In this document: one piece after another, positions 28,790 through 38,475 of the stretch | How positions within the stretch are numbered: position 1 is the stretch's first letter | Layout of the letters: every line of letters begins with the position of its first letter | NCBI GenBank assembly: GCA_003635195.1 | Contig: PYIY01000195.1 | Span: 13,961 to 77,960 of the forward strand | Source of the DNA: Candidatus Poribacteria bacterium | Lineage (GTDB): Bacteria > Poribacteria > WGA-4E > WGA-3G | Reading direction: 5' to 3' | DNA: 64,000 nucleotides | Notes under the pieces: model-generated | What the model saw: only the letters and a program-made list of their open reading frames with translations | Databases searched by the model: none | What the model was told of the DNA's origin: nothing | Position numbers and translations under genes: made by a program

Positions 28790-28990
28790 ACTTTTCCTTG
28801 CGGTTCAGTGACCTGGGTTTGGATTTTTGAGGTGCCATTCTTAAATCCGCTCTCCATTCCATTACGAGTTACGCACTTTGTTCTACCGCTTTCTAACTAT
28901 TCCTTGCGGTCAAATGACCTGGGTTTGGATTTTTGAGGTGCCATTCTTAAATCCGCTCTCCATTTCATTACGAGCGGGTTTGTGATTAAT
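28790..28990. repeat. Tandem direct duplication (about 2 x 105 bp) with leader module
   Basis: The unit (t)tccttgcggt.a.tgacctgggtttggatttttgaggtgccattcttaaatccgctctccatt.cattacgag is repeated twice upstream of the 28783 start. Confidence 0.6.
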
Positions 28991-29026
28991 TACATCGGGG
29001 TTACTGACATCTTGCTTCATTACAGT

Positions 29027-29539
29027 TCACCAGTCTCTTATGACTGCCACGCGACTGATTCCAGTAAGAAGGACATTCAGACCGTGTCCGGACTTGTCAG
29101 TCGATTCCTGAAGTGCGGTTGACCATGGAGAGACACCAACAAGAGCCAGACAACCCGCCGTGGCTGCGCCCAAAGTACAACCGACCATTGTGGCACTTGC
29201 TGCAGTTGATCTCCTTCGTTCCTTATAGGTATCTATATAAACCGAAATATATTCAGGCGATTTCCCCACAAGTCGACTGAGCGGCGGAGAAGGTCGATAC
29301 GAATAAGACGGTATCAAACTGAGCGCACCTAAAAGGCATCCGCCACCAAGTGCGAGAGAAAAACCGCTACAAAACCATAAACATGCGTCCTCGTCAGCAT
29401 CAGTATTGGCATCATGTTTAGCGGCATTTGCAATTCGCTTTAGCACCTCCAATTCTGCTTGAGAGGCATCAGCAGTCGCTATAAAAGGAAAACCGAAAGT
29501 CAATCCTATTACCAAAAGAAGTATACCAATCCTTCTCAT
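29027..29539 (-). CDS. Secreted Cys-containing hypothetical protein
   Basis: Signal peptide is present. 170 aa. The start abuts the stop of the upstream membrane protein (coupled). Confidence 0.45.
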   Translation of the reverse strand: MRRIGILLLVIGLTFGFPFIATADASQAELEVLKRIANAAKHDANTDADEDACLWFCSGFSLALGGGCLLGALSLIPSYSYRPSPPLSRLVGKSPEYISVYIDTYKERRRSTAASATMVGCTLGAATAGCLALVGVSPWSTALQESTDKSGHGLNVLLTGISRVAVIRDW

Positions 29540-31441
29540 CTAATCATCACCTTCAGCAGTGACGGCTGCGTCGGCGACAGCTGCTGATGCTTGCTTCTTC
29601 TTTTCACCCCACAAACCGAGCCAGAAGATAAACCCGACGAGTGCGAAGAAGACTACCATAATGATTGCTACCATGTTTACTGCTTCGCTGAGAGGCGGTG
29701 TAAACGCGTCAGGGGATGTATCCGGCATGACCCCGAAGACATGCCACTGTTCTCGAAGTCCGGAGCGAGCGTAGCCCATCAAGCCCATCAAGGATGTAAA
29801 TGTAATTGCCAAGAGAATTAACACATATTGTGACCGGTCTGTCATCTCACCCCACTTGATAGTCCCCGATGTCTGCGCTCGCCTGTACATGAAAACATCA
29901 AGGACCGTCACGGCGAACATGACGACCAGGGCGATGACTACCTGCCACGGGGTTAGCACGTCGACACGAAATTCTGTCCGAACGGAAAATCCAACGATAC
30001 CGATAACCACAATTGCGACAACTCCGAAAAAGCAGATAGCAGAGATAGTGATATTCCCAACTTTTCGCCAACTTGCCGTTGGTGTTTTCCCGGAACGTCG
30101 ATAGAACAGAAAACTCAAGAAGGTAGTGAGGATAACGATATTCACTGCGGTATTCTTGGCAGTCATCAACCCAAAAAATCCGAGATGCGGGTGGTTCGCG
30201 CCGCCCATAGCACTCAGTTCACTGGCAGTTGAGATTTTAGAGAGTGTCCGCGGTGTCATCCAGATGGCGACAGAGACAATGATAGCGATGATCATCCATG
30301 GACGGTACCGGGCGTAGATTTCTGCGCCGTCAATCCGTCCCATACCTGACCAGAGGTAGTAATTCGCGCCGATGAATAGGACACCGATCATCACCGCCTG
30401 AATGATAAATAGCCAAGAGAAGAGGCTGCCCATCATGTTGATGCCCATCGTGTTATTGAACATGTAGATTTCGCGGCCAAGCCAATACCCTGCAAACGGT
30501 AAGGGAATGAGTCCACAGAGTGCGATGAAGTTTCCGGTATACCCCATCCAATCGTAGTGTGCTTTGTCCTCCTTCGTCTTGGCGACAAGAAATCGAAATG
30601 CGGCATAAGCTGCGACAATGGAACCCCCGAAAGCAATATTCCCGATCAGACGATGAATGTTAACCGGCATCCACGTAAAGTTGTTGACAGCGTCCCAAAC
30701 GGTTCCCATGAATTCGCCAGTTGCTTCATTGTGGAGTGGGACCATTGTATGGCTTGTAACGCCTTCCATAGCGGTTTCAGGTGTTAGTGCTGGATCGGCA
30801 GCCAATTTTTCTTGAATCCAAGACTTCCGCCTGCCTTCAGAGACCACACCGTGTTGTGTTGCCGGGCTCGTCTGATAAGTAAGCCACGAGTTAGAGACAA
30901 ACATAATCGCCGTGCCCCACACATTTAATAAAACACCGAGGAAGAGATGCCACCCTTTATGCCGTCCCTGCATCTTATCCCATCCGTAGGAATAGAGGTA
31001 GAGCGTAAAGGTTTCGCCGAAAAATAGGATGACGTAAAAAATCATCGTCGGTCCAAATATCCCGCTGAGCTTGCTCATCACTTTCGGATAGCACCAGATA
31101 AGAATGAAGACGAGAACACCACCGAGTAAGGCTGTTGTCGAAAACGCGCCCATACAGAGCTTAATAAACTCTTGTGCCATCCGGTCGTATCGTTCATCCT
31201 TGGTCTTCCAACCGATGAATTCAATGATAACGGCGAACATCGGGACCCCGAGAATAAAGGATCCGAACAATAGGTGGAGCTGCGCAGCGATCCATGCTGC
31301 GGTTCGGCTGCCGATCACTGGGAAAGGACGATATTCAGCCTCAGTCATGTCCTGTGCGAACGCTGGTGCGATAGCTAACACGGCATAAAAGACGAGTACA
31401 CAACCCAGTATGAGATAGAGCCTCTTCTTAGATATTTTCAT
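29540..31441 (-). CDS. Large polytopic integral membrane protein (about 14 TM), function unknown, embedded in the cytochrome cluster
   Basis: 633 aa, signal-like N-terminus and many hydrophobic helices. No CydA Q-loop, CcsA WWD or NrfD signature recognised by eye. Confidence 0.55.
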   Translation of the reverse strand: MKISKKRLYLILGCVLVFYAVLAIAPAFAQDMTEAEYRPFPVIGSRTAAWIAAQLHLLFGSFILGVPMFAVIIEFIGWKTKDERYDRMAQEFIKLCMGAFSTTALLGGVLVFILIWCYPKVMSKLSGIFGPTMIFYVILFFGETFTLYLYSYGWDKMQGRHKGWHLFLGVLLNVWGTAIMFVSNSWLTYQTSPATQHGVVSEGRRKSWIQEKLAADPALTPETAMEGVTSHTMVPLHNEATGEFMGTVWDAVNNFTWMPVNIHRLIGNIAFGGSIVAAYAAFRFLVAKTKEDKAHYDWMGYTGNFIALCGLIPLPFAGYWLGREIYMFNNTMGINMMGSLFSWLFIIQAVMIGVLFIGANYYLWSGMGRIDGAEIYARYRPWMIIAIIVSVAIWMTPRTLSKISTASELSAMGGANHPHLGFFGLMTAKNTAVNIVILTTFLSFLFYRRSGKTPTASWRKVGNITISAICFFGVVAIVVIGIVGFSVRTEFRVDVLTPWQVVIALVVMFAVTVLDVFMYRRAQTSGTIKWGEMTDRSQYVLILLAITFTSLMGLMGYARSGLREQWHVFGVMPDTSPDAFTPPLSEAVNMVAIIMVVFFALVGFIFWLGLWGEKKKQASAAVADAAVTAEGDD

Positions 31442-31568
31442 GGTTTTCGCTGTCAGCGGACTCCCTTTCGGTTTTCTGAACCTATCAAATCAAACAGACT
31501 ACCAGCCGTCAACTTTCGGTTTCCGTCAGCAAGGAAGGTTTCTTGCTGACCACCGATTGCTGACTGCT
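31440..31568. repeat. Hexamer-repeat palindromic element
   Basis: gctgtcagcggactccctttcggttttctg ... ccgtcagcaaggaaggtttcttgctgaccaccgattgctgactgc. Confidence 0.4.
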
Positions 31569-31569
31569 A

Positions 31570-32319
31570 TTATTTCGCTTTTTTCTTAAAATCAGTACTC
31601 GTGAAATTTACGGTAATATCACCACTTGCGGGCACTTCAACCCTTTTGTTTGCTGAACCGAGCTCTTCATGCCATGCGACAACACGTACTGTACCAGCAG
31701 GAACATCTTTAAGCGTATATTTTCCGGTGTCCGCTGACTTTTCATACGCGTCTGAACTGATCATTTCGTTTTCAGCGTTCTTGTAACCGGTGACAGTATA
31801 AAAGTTGCTGGGAACAGCGACGATGTAACCGGTCATCCACGCGTGGATATCACATGTGAACTTAATTTCTTCGGCCTTTTCAATTTTATGCGGGATAACT
31901 ACCCCGGGCTTCGGAATCAGCGTATTCACTGCCTCATTCTTCTGGGCATGTGAGTGGACGTTGTGCGCCACCGGATCACTGGAGACAAGATCCACTGTAG
32001 CACCGACAGGTACAACAAGCACGTGCGGGTAGTAAGCGCAACCCACTTGGTCCATCTTAGGGTTTTCTTTTGGCAAGGTCACTTTTGCGCCGCGGACGCG
32101 AGCATGAATAACAACGTTTTTAATGCCTTTGCCTTTTGAGACAACGAGCGCTTCGGATTTTGTGCCTTTTACAGCTGCAATGCAATGATCATCTTTGTTA
32201 GCTGCTAGTGCTGGACGCGCGGGTGCGTCGCCCTCATACGTTACGGTGCCAGTGATATTGCCTGCCAATGCAACGCTCGCCAGCATTCCAAAAACAAGCA
32301 AGGTCATTAGGGTTTTCAT
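31570..32319 (-). CDS. Secreted cupredoxin-like (type 1 copper motif) protein, paralog of 23670..24455
   Basis: Signal peptide is present. HNVH plus CDIHAWM is present. The C-terminal YTLKDVPAGTVRVVAWHEE is CarboxypepD_reg-like. Confidence 0.6.
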   Translation of the reverse strand: MKTLMTLLVFGMLASVALAGNITGTVTYEGDAPARPALAANKDDHCIAAVKGTKSEALVVSKGKGIKNVVIHARVRGAKVTLPKENPKMDQVGCAYYPHVLVVPVGATVDLVSSDPVAHNVHSHAQKNEAVNTLIPKPGVVIPHKIEKAEEIKFTCDIHAWMTGYIVAVPSNFYTVTGYKNAENEMISSDAYEKSADTGKYTLKDVPAGTVRVVAWHEELGSANKRVEVPASGDITVNFTSTDFKKKAK

Positions 32320-32436
32320 GATTATTTCTCCTTTTATATTAAATTTAGCCTGTAATATATTAACACTACAGGGATTAAGAACACAAATAAAAAGACCTAA
32401 AGTCTGAATGAATCTTTTCTGAAGATTACTGTTACG

Positions 32437-32793
32437 CTACGGACGAAATGTCTCCTTAATATAGGTGAGAATTTCACGTTGTTCTTCATCGCTGAGATAG
32501 TAGTAAAACGCCGGCATATCGTCCTTTCCAGCGTTAATGCTATTCAGCAATTGTTCATCGTCGTGCATCTCCCAGAGACTGTTGTCCGTTAGGTCTGCTG
32601 GGTCTAACTTTTTGAAACGACCGATACGTCCACTCCCCTCTCCGTTGTTCCCGTGACACCCTGCACAGTATCGTGCGTATTTGTATTCTACCTCCGACTG
32701 ATACTTCGTACTCGGATCGACCTGGTTACCCAACCAAATTAACCCGTTGAGCCACACAATAATCATGACGATGACGATCGCAAGGTGTCTCAT
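32437..32793 (-). CDS. Monohaem cytochrome c (class I, c552/c6-like)
   Basis: 118 aa, N-terminal TM/signal, CAGCHG haem site and a distal Met region. Confidence 0.8.
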   Translation of the reverse strand: MRHLAIVIVMIIVWLNGLIWLGNQVDPSTKYQSEVEYKYARYCAGCHGNNGEGSGRIGRFKKLDPADLTDNSLWEMHDDEQLLNSINAGKDDMPAFYYYLSDEEQREILTYIKETFRP

Positions 32794-32794
32794 A

Positions 32795-32908
32795 ATGGTT
32801 TTTAGTTATCAGTTATCAGTTGTCAGTTACAAGAGGTTTTGATAGTCCTAAAGTCTTTCTGAGAACTGAAAGGTTTTCGGAGAAAACCGCACTGACCACT
32901 GATAACTA
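32795..32908. repeat. Hexamer-repeat palindromic element with conserved core shared with 54698..54845
   Basis: gttatcagttatcagttgtcagttacaagaggttttgatagtcctaaagtctttctgagaactgaaaggttttcggagaaaaccgcactgaccactgataactatta. Confidence 0.55.
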
Positions 32909-35900
32909 TTAACGTCCCAACGAGATCATATAATCTCGGACGAGTTGAATCTGTTTTTCAGCATCATTGCCAGCGTAACCATCAACTGCCATATGTTGTC
33001 CGCCGACGAGTGGCCAGGCTTGTGGCATCGCCGTTCCGGGTTGGAACGACTGCGGGTCTTTCATCCAATCAATGAGCCAATCCGGCTTGAGACGTTCTTT
33101 TGCCAATGAAAGGTCGGGCCGTCCCGCCTTGTCACTTCCTTCAGGAATAACTTCGCCTTGTGAAGGGTGGCAGGAGATACACTGGAGCTCGTCAAAAATC
33201 TGTTTACCGACGCGCAATTCAGCACGCGTTGGGATTGGCACTTCAAGCGTCTCGTAAGGGTAGGGTTCGTCGTCAAGTGCAGAGAAGTATTCAACAAGCG
33301 TGGTTGCTTCATCATCAGATAGCCCAAATGTCGGCATCCGTACTTTGAGTCCGTAGCGGACATCAGACGGCTCCTTGAGGAAGGTAAACAACCAGTCTGG
33401 ATAGACTCTCGCGCCTTCAGCCTTCAACGGTGGCGGGGCAAACTGCTTGGCAACCATCTCACCCAGCCCCTCATGTGCGATGATAACGTCGCGATAATCG
33501 CCGCCTGCGCCTTCAATCTCGTGGCATCCGGCACAGTTGTATCTCTTCACCAGTCGTCTACCGGCATCAATACGGTTCAATTTCTCGGATCGGTTATGGA
33601 TATAACTGAGCGGGTACTTCTCGGGTTGGAAGCTCTTCAAAAGCACGGCGAGTGCCCTTGCATCTTCTTCGTTAATTTGGAAGACGGGCATCCGCGAGAT
33701 AATGCGCCGGGTTTGGTAACGCCGCGGGTTGGTAACCTTACCGATTGTCCACCCGGTCCAACTATGTTCAACGTCTACTGTATCGCCAAAGTCAAGTTCA
33801 TCAGCGAATTTCGCGCCGAATTCGCCAAGGTCCGCCCCGACTTTTGATTCATTCTCAAAGCCGGGAATTTCATGGCAACCGAAACATCCGTAAGTTCTAA
33901 CAAGTGCCTCACCCTCTTTCACGTCTACTTCACCGATAGACTCAGTCGTTGCATTAGGTGTCGCCTTCTGTAAACTCATCAAATAAGCGACGACGTTGTC
34001 AACTTCGCGAGTGCTTAGCCGCAAGCTCGGCATACTCGTATCGGGATCATAAGCCTTTGGATCGCGAATCCACTGCCGGAGATAACTGGGAGTGACCTTC
34101 GCGCCGACGCTATCGAGTGCTGGTGCGAAATCGCTGCCTAAGCCGTCAACGGCGTGACATGTGAGGCATCCGACGGTTTTAACGGTCTCCTCGCCTGCTT
34201 TAATAACGCTCTCAGATTTGGAATAGTTTACAGAGGCTTCATCAAGGTTTGCATCATGCATCGTTGCGAGATATGCTGCAATAGATTTCACTTCATCGAC
34301 GATACGGAGGACATAATCGTTGGAATAGGGATACTCCGTACCATCATCCGCTTTAACAATGATACCGTTGTCGGTTTTCGTGACAGCACCGGTGCGCGTT
34401 CCGCCGTTCTTGAGGTAGACGACTTGGCTCATACCTTCGGCGGGGAAGAAGTTCGGCATTGTTGCATTTGGCAGATGTGCCTCGGGTTTCTTAATCCAAC
34501 TTTCGAGCCAATCTGTATCTTTGACCTTACTACCGACTTTTGCGAGCGATGGACCGACCTTGTTAATGTTTTCGATTGCACTGTATCCCTCTACAGCGTG
34601 GCAACCGTGGCAACCGAGGTCTTCAAAGAGAGCCAACCCCTTCGTCAAATTTGGTGCATAATCCACAGGTTCATCTGTTTCAGGATCTACGCCGTAATCT
34701 AATTTCATGACCCCATCGTGGCAACGGCGGCAGTTAGATTCCATATACCCCTTCGTCTTTTCGGACGTTCTGCCGGTGTGTTCATCCAATCCGAGTACAG
34801 GACTGAGCCAGTATTCAGCATGCGTTAGGGCGTGGGCAGCTTTCGCTGTCAGTGCTTGCCCTTGTCCACCGTGGCACGGTGTACAGCCAAATCTATCAAT
34901 AGGATGCTTTTCAAGGAGGACATCGCGGTGCGGATGGGTCTGAAGGACGGACCGGTAGCCGGTTTCATAAGAAATTTCAACTTCACCGAAGACATCCACA
35001 TCACTGAAGGTAAGCGTCCCGTTCTCTTCCAGTGTATATTCGTCTGCTTCCGCATCAAATCCATCAATTATGATACTCTCACTACCCTCCTTAATACTTG
35101 CATGTTTGAGGCGTTGTACGACGGGATTTGCGCCATCACCTTCTACCTCAAATATCTCCTGTGCGGATTGTTCATAGCCGCTTCTATCAGCAGAAAAGTG
35201 GCATGTAGCACATCTATCTGCGGTGTAATCGAAGTCTTCAAGATAATATTGCGTGATCGTTCGGGTTTCACGGAAAGGGTTCTCTAATAGGCTACCGAGG
35301 AAGGTTCGTTTGATACCGCCAACGGAATGCAGTTTTTCTTGTAGACGTGCGACTTCGTCATACTTCTCCTTGTCGGCTTGTAGTGCCTGAAGGGATGCTT
35401 GCGCGGCAGCGATGCCTTCCGCTATCTCTGGATCTGTCGCATTATATTTCTGAGCGATGAGGTAGGTGCTGAGCGCCTGCTGTGGATCACCATTGGTTTG
35501 ATAGAATCGCGCCAAAGTTTTGTTGGCATCCGCGAAGACCGCCTCTGCTGCCAAGACAGCCTCAGTGAGTTCACTTTCAATTCGGGATTCAAGTTCATCT
35601 AATTTCTTTTTCCACTTGTCAACAGTTGCATTATATTTACCCTTTGCTTCGTGGAGGCTGTGCTGATATTTATAATTGATGGCATCCGATTCGCTCTGCC
35701 GGAATTTGCGTTCCTGCAGCGCTTCGTCAAGCGTAACCTGAGCGTTCGTTACCTCTTTAGTCAACCTCCCTAACTCTTTTGCGTCGGGTTCTTGAGGTGT
35801 AGAAAGTTCAGGCAAAGCGAGCTTTGCATTCTCCAATTCCGCGCGTGTTTTCTCATATTCATATTGATAAAACTGCTGCTGGATCTGCTTCCATGGACGG

Positions 35901-36019
35901 CGGGTGATCATCTCACTCCAGAACCCCCACAAGGTTACGAGTCCTAACAGTCCGGACAAGATAAAGAACAAAGCAGAATACGATTTATTTTCAGCGGGAA
36001 TTTCTTTTTTGTTCCTCAC
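32909..36019 (-). CDS. Membrane-anchored octahaem c-type cytochrome (bc-complex associated)
   Basis: GTG start with an AGGGAG SD. N-terminal TM and coiled-coil region. Eight CxxCH motifs (CATCHF, CTPCHG, CRRCHD, CHGCHA, CLTCHA, CFGCHE, CAGCHE, CISCHP). Confidence 0.85.
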   Translation of the reverse strand: MRNKKEIPAENKSYSALFFILSGLLGLVTLWGFWSEMITRRPWKQIQQQFYQYEYEKTRAELENAKLALPELSTPQEPDAKELGRLTKEVTNAQVTLDEALQERKFRQSESDAINYKYQHSLHEAKGKYNATVDKWKKKLDELESRIESELTEAVLAAEAVFADANKTLARFYQTNGDPQQALSTYLIAQKYNATDPEIAEGIAAAQASLQALQADKEKYDEVARLQEKLHSVGGIKRTFLGSLLENPFRETRTITQYYLEDFDYTADRCATCHFSADRSGYEQSAQEIFEVEGDGANPVVQRLKHASIKEGSESIIIDGFDAEADEYTLEENGTLTFSDVDVFGEVEISYETGYRSVLQTHPHRDVLLEKHPIDRFGCTPCHGGQGQALTAKAAHALTHAEYWLSPVLGLDEHTGRTSEKTKGYMESNCRRCHDGVMKLDYGVDPETDEPVDYAPNLTKGLALFEDLGCHGCHAVEGYSAIENINKVGPSLAKVGSKVKDTDWLESWIKKPEAHLPNATMPNFFPAEGMSQVVYLKNGGTRTGAVTKTDNGIIVKADDGTEYPYSNDYVLRIVDEVKSIAAYLATMHDANLDEASVNYSKSESVIKAGEETVKTVGCLTCHAVDGLGSDFAPALDSVGAKVTPSYLRQWIRDPKAYDPDTSMPSLRLSTREVDNVVAYLMSLQKATPNATTESIGEVDVKEGEALVRTYGCFGCHEIPGFENESKVGADLGEFGAKFADELDFGDTVDVEHSWTGWTIGKVTNPRRYQTRRIISRMPVFQINEEDARALAVLLKSFQPEKYPLSYIHNRSEKLNRIDAGRRLVKRYNCAGCHEIEGAGGDYRDVIIAHEGLGEMVAKQFAPPPLKAEGARVYPDWLFTFLKEPSDVRYGLKVRMPTFGLSDDEATTLVEYFSALDDEPYPYETLEVPIPTRAELRVGKQIFDELQCISCHPSQGEVIPEGSDKAGRPDLSLAKERLKPDWLIDWMKDPQSFQPGTAMPQAWPLVGGQHMAVDGYAGNDAEKQIQLVRDYMISLGR

Positions 36020-36060
36020 GAACTTTACTCCCTTTTTCTAATTTTCCTTGCGGTTCGTTC
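36020..36060 (-). promoter_or_regulatory. Conserved leader module ACCGAACCGCAAGGAAAATTA upstream of the octahaem cytochrome gene
   Basis: Plus-strand TAATTTTCCTTGCGGTTCG abuts the start codon region. The same module precedes minus-strand starts at 7944, 13425, 27099, 28783, 36968 and 53908. Confidence 0.4.
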
Positions 36061-36101
36061 AAGTGGGCTTAGACTCTGAGGTTTCTTTCCGTTAGCTATT
36101 C

Positions 36102-36968
36102 TTAGATGTTGAACCACGGGGATACCCAGATGTATTTTACATTGAAAAATATTCGCAAGATCATTTTGATTGGCAGTGCGAGCATAGTTAAGAACAGAAA
36201 CGAGACGATGATATATCGAACCAACCCCAGTTCTTGTAAGAAACGGTTACTATTCCGTTTCCAGAAATAGACAATCGGCCCGAGCGAGAAATAACCCGCG
36301 ACGACAGCGAAGCCGAAAAAGTTTGCGGTAACCTCATTACGAATGCCGAAAAGATAGGACAGATTCACGTTCGTCAGCGGTACAACGAGGTGTGGGTCCC
36401 ATGCTTCCCAGGGCGCGAAGAAGTTCCATCCGGGGCCTCTGAGGAATGTGCCGACGACCATCAAGACGATCCACAAAATGATAAATCCGAAGCTGAATAC
36501 AGCGAGTGCGAACGGACGTTCTTTGATGGTATAATAGCCTTTACCTTTTGGGTTTGTGTCGATGTAGGGAATAGCGATCAAGCCTGCAATAATGAGACCG
36601 GGCAGCACCACACCTGCAATCCAAGGATCAAAGTAAACGAGCATCTCTTGGAGTGCGAGAAAATACCAAGGTGCTTTAGAGGGATTGGGAGTTTTTGTCG
36701 GATCGCTCGGTTCTTCAAGTGGGGCATCAATCATAATCGACCAGACGCCTAACACAAGCATCACAATAATAGCGCAGATAAACTCGTTCCGACACAGGTA
36801 GGGCCACACATAGACTTTATCGTTGAGTGCGGCATCCGATGGCACACCTGTTTTATCCGTCTGGCGTGCCTGCCGGTACGAAAGCCAGATGAAATACGGT
36901 ATCAGAAAGAGAATAGCAACAATAGGGACGTTATCCGGCTTCGTCACCAGTGCTATAAAATGCTCCAT
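36102..36968 (-). CDS. petD: Cytochrome b C-terminal part / b6f subunit IV-like protein with extra C-terminal helices
   Basis: PNPSKAPWYFLALQEML corresponds to the PEWY quinone-site motif of PetD/cyt b C-terminal domain. 6-7 TM. Confidence 0.75.
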   Translation of the reverse strand: MEHFIALVTKPDNVPIVAILFLIPYFIWLSYRQARQTDKTGVPSDAALNDKVYVWPYLCRNEFICAIIVMLVLGVWSIMIDAPLEEPSDPTKTPNPSKAPWYFLALQEMLVYFDPWIAGVVLPGLIIAGLIAIPYIDTNPKGKGYYTIKERPFALAVFSFGFIILWIVLMVVGTFLRGPGWNFFAPWEAWDPHLVVPLTNVNLSYLFGIRNEVTANFFGFAVVAGYFSLGPIVYFWKRNSNRFLQELGLVRYIIVSFLFLTMLALPIKMILRIFFNVKYIWVSPWFNI

Positions 36969-37092
36969 ACAATTCTGCTCCTTCTTTTAATGTCCCTTGC
37001 GGTTCGGTTAGGATGCTTTTAGAAATAAGATCCTCGATGCTTGGGATACAACCTTGGTTAAAACTTGTAGCAGGAAATCCCAACCTTGACCG

Positions 37093-37863
37093 CTATAGCG
37101 GGCCGGAGATGCCTCCATCTTTACGGACACGCCAGAAATGCAAAGCCATCAAGACACTTGCCAAAAGTGGCACAGCGACACAATGTAGAATATAGAACCT
37201 CAAAAGCGTTGAGGGGCCTACAATCGTCCCTGCGAGAAGTGCGAATCGGACATCGTTGGATTGTGTGATGTCTTGCGGTGCGAATGGCCCTTCATGCCCT
37301 AATACCGGTGTTGCGCGTGCCATGTTTGTTCCGACGGTCACAGCCCAAAAAGCCAATTGATCCCAAGGTAACAGATAGCCAGTGAAACTCAGGAAAAATG
37401 TTACGAGTAGTAAGATGACCCCGACGGCCCAATTGAATTCGCGTGGCTTCTTGTAGGAACCGGTCAAAAAGACTCTGAACATGTGTAACATTACGGAAAT
37501 AACCATCCCGTGTGCTGCCCAGCGGTGCATGTTCCGTAGGAGCATCCCGAAGGGAATGTCAAATTCGAGGTATTGTACATCGTGGAAGGCGTATTCAGCG
37601 GTCGGACGATAATAGAACATCAGGAGCACGCCTGTGACGGCTGTCACAAGGAACATAAGGAAGGTGATGCCGCCCATGCACCATGTAAAACGGAAGTTGA
37701 GTGCATGGCGAGAAACCCGAGGAGGATGGAGATGCAACCAGACGTTTTGGAGGATTTGTAAGGTGTACCGACGCCCTGTGTCTTCATATCCGTGGCGGAA
37801 TATAGAGCGCCAAATGTCGGAGTTGGTAATCTTTTCTTTGAGCCCTTTACGTTCTTCGTTCAT
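37093..37863 (-). CDS. petB: Cytochrome b6-like (cytochrome b N-terminal, haem b-binding) subunit of a bc/b6f-type complex
   Basis: HRWAAHGMVISVMLHMFRVFLTGSYKKPREFNWAVGVILLLVTFFLSFTGYLLPWDQLAFWAVTV aligns closely with cytochrome b6. The four His ligands are present. Confidence 0.9.
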   Translation of the reverse strand: MNEERKGLKEKITNSDIWRSIFRHGYEDTGRRYTLQILQNVWLHLHPPRVSRHALNFRFTWCMGGITFLMFLVTAVTGVLLMFYYRPTAEYAFHDVQYLEFDIPFGMLLRNMHRWAAHGMVISVMLHMFRVFLTGSYKKPREFNWAVGVILLLVTFFLSFTGYLLPWDQLAFWAVTVGTNMARATPVLGHEGPFAPQDITQSNDVRFALLAGTIVGPSTLLRFYILHCVAVPLLASVLMALHFWRVRKDGGISGPL

Positions 37864-37980
37864 ACTTTTTATAGCAAGTTCCGACGCGTACGTTGCAACA
37901 AAGCCTATTCAAAATACGCCCTATAACGCCGAAACGCCTTTTCTACCTGACCGAAGCCAAGCACAAATGCTCTCCTTTCT

Positions 37981-38475
37981 TTAGACCTTCAAAAAGGAGC
38001 CTGGGTCGGTCCACTGCCCCTTCTCACCTAAAAACTTCACGGACTTATCAATTTCGATCTGACCATCTTCTGCCAATGTAATTTTAACGCGTTCAAGGGG
38101 TCGTGGTGCGGGGCCTTCGTAGTTAATACCTTCCCGGTCAAAGCCGCTGCCGTGGCAGGGGCATTTGAATTTGTTTTCAGAACCGAGCCAGCGCGGTGTG
38201 CATCCGAGATGTGTGCAAATGGTTAAGAGTGCATAGAATTCGCCATCCTGTTTCCGGACGATCCAAACACCGTAGGGTTCCTTTTTGTACTTTTCGCTAA
38301 CGCTGCCCGGCGGATACTCTGCCGGGAATCCTGCTTTAAAAATAGAGGACGGTTCAAACAGCACACGCGGATACAGATACCGAACCAGTCCTGGTCCCAA
38401 AGTCAGCCCCAGTGCTGCAGTGAAATTTCCCCAACCGAGGAATTTGAAAAATTTACGTCGAGATACCACTTCCAC
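37981..38475 (-). CDS. petC: Rieske [2Fe-2S] iron-sulfur protein
   Basis: N-terminal TM/Tat-like anchor is present. Rieske boxes CTHLGC and CPCHGS are present. Confidence 0.9.
   Translation of the reverse strand: MEVVSRRKFFKFLGWGNFTAALGLTLGPGLVRYLYPRVLFEPSSIFKAGFPAEYPPGSVSEKYKKEPYGVWIVRKQDGEFYALLTICTHLGCTPRWLGSENKFKCPCHGSGFDREGINYEGPAPRPLERVKITLAEDGQIEIDKSVKFLGEKGQWTDPGSFLKV

Noticed and set aside
13635-38475. Alternative complex III (ActABCDEF) interpretation of the multihaem cytochrome region
   Set aside because: No molybdopterin/FeS ActB-like or NrfD-like ActC signature is present. Instead a bona fide Rieske plus split cytochrome b6/subunit IV set is present. A bc-type complex is the better fit.
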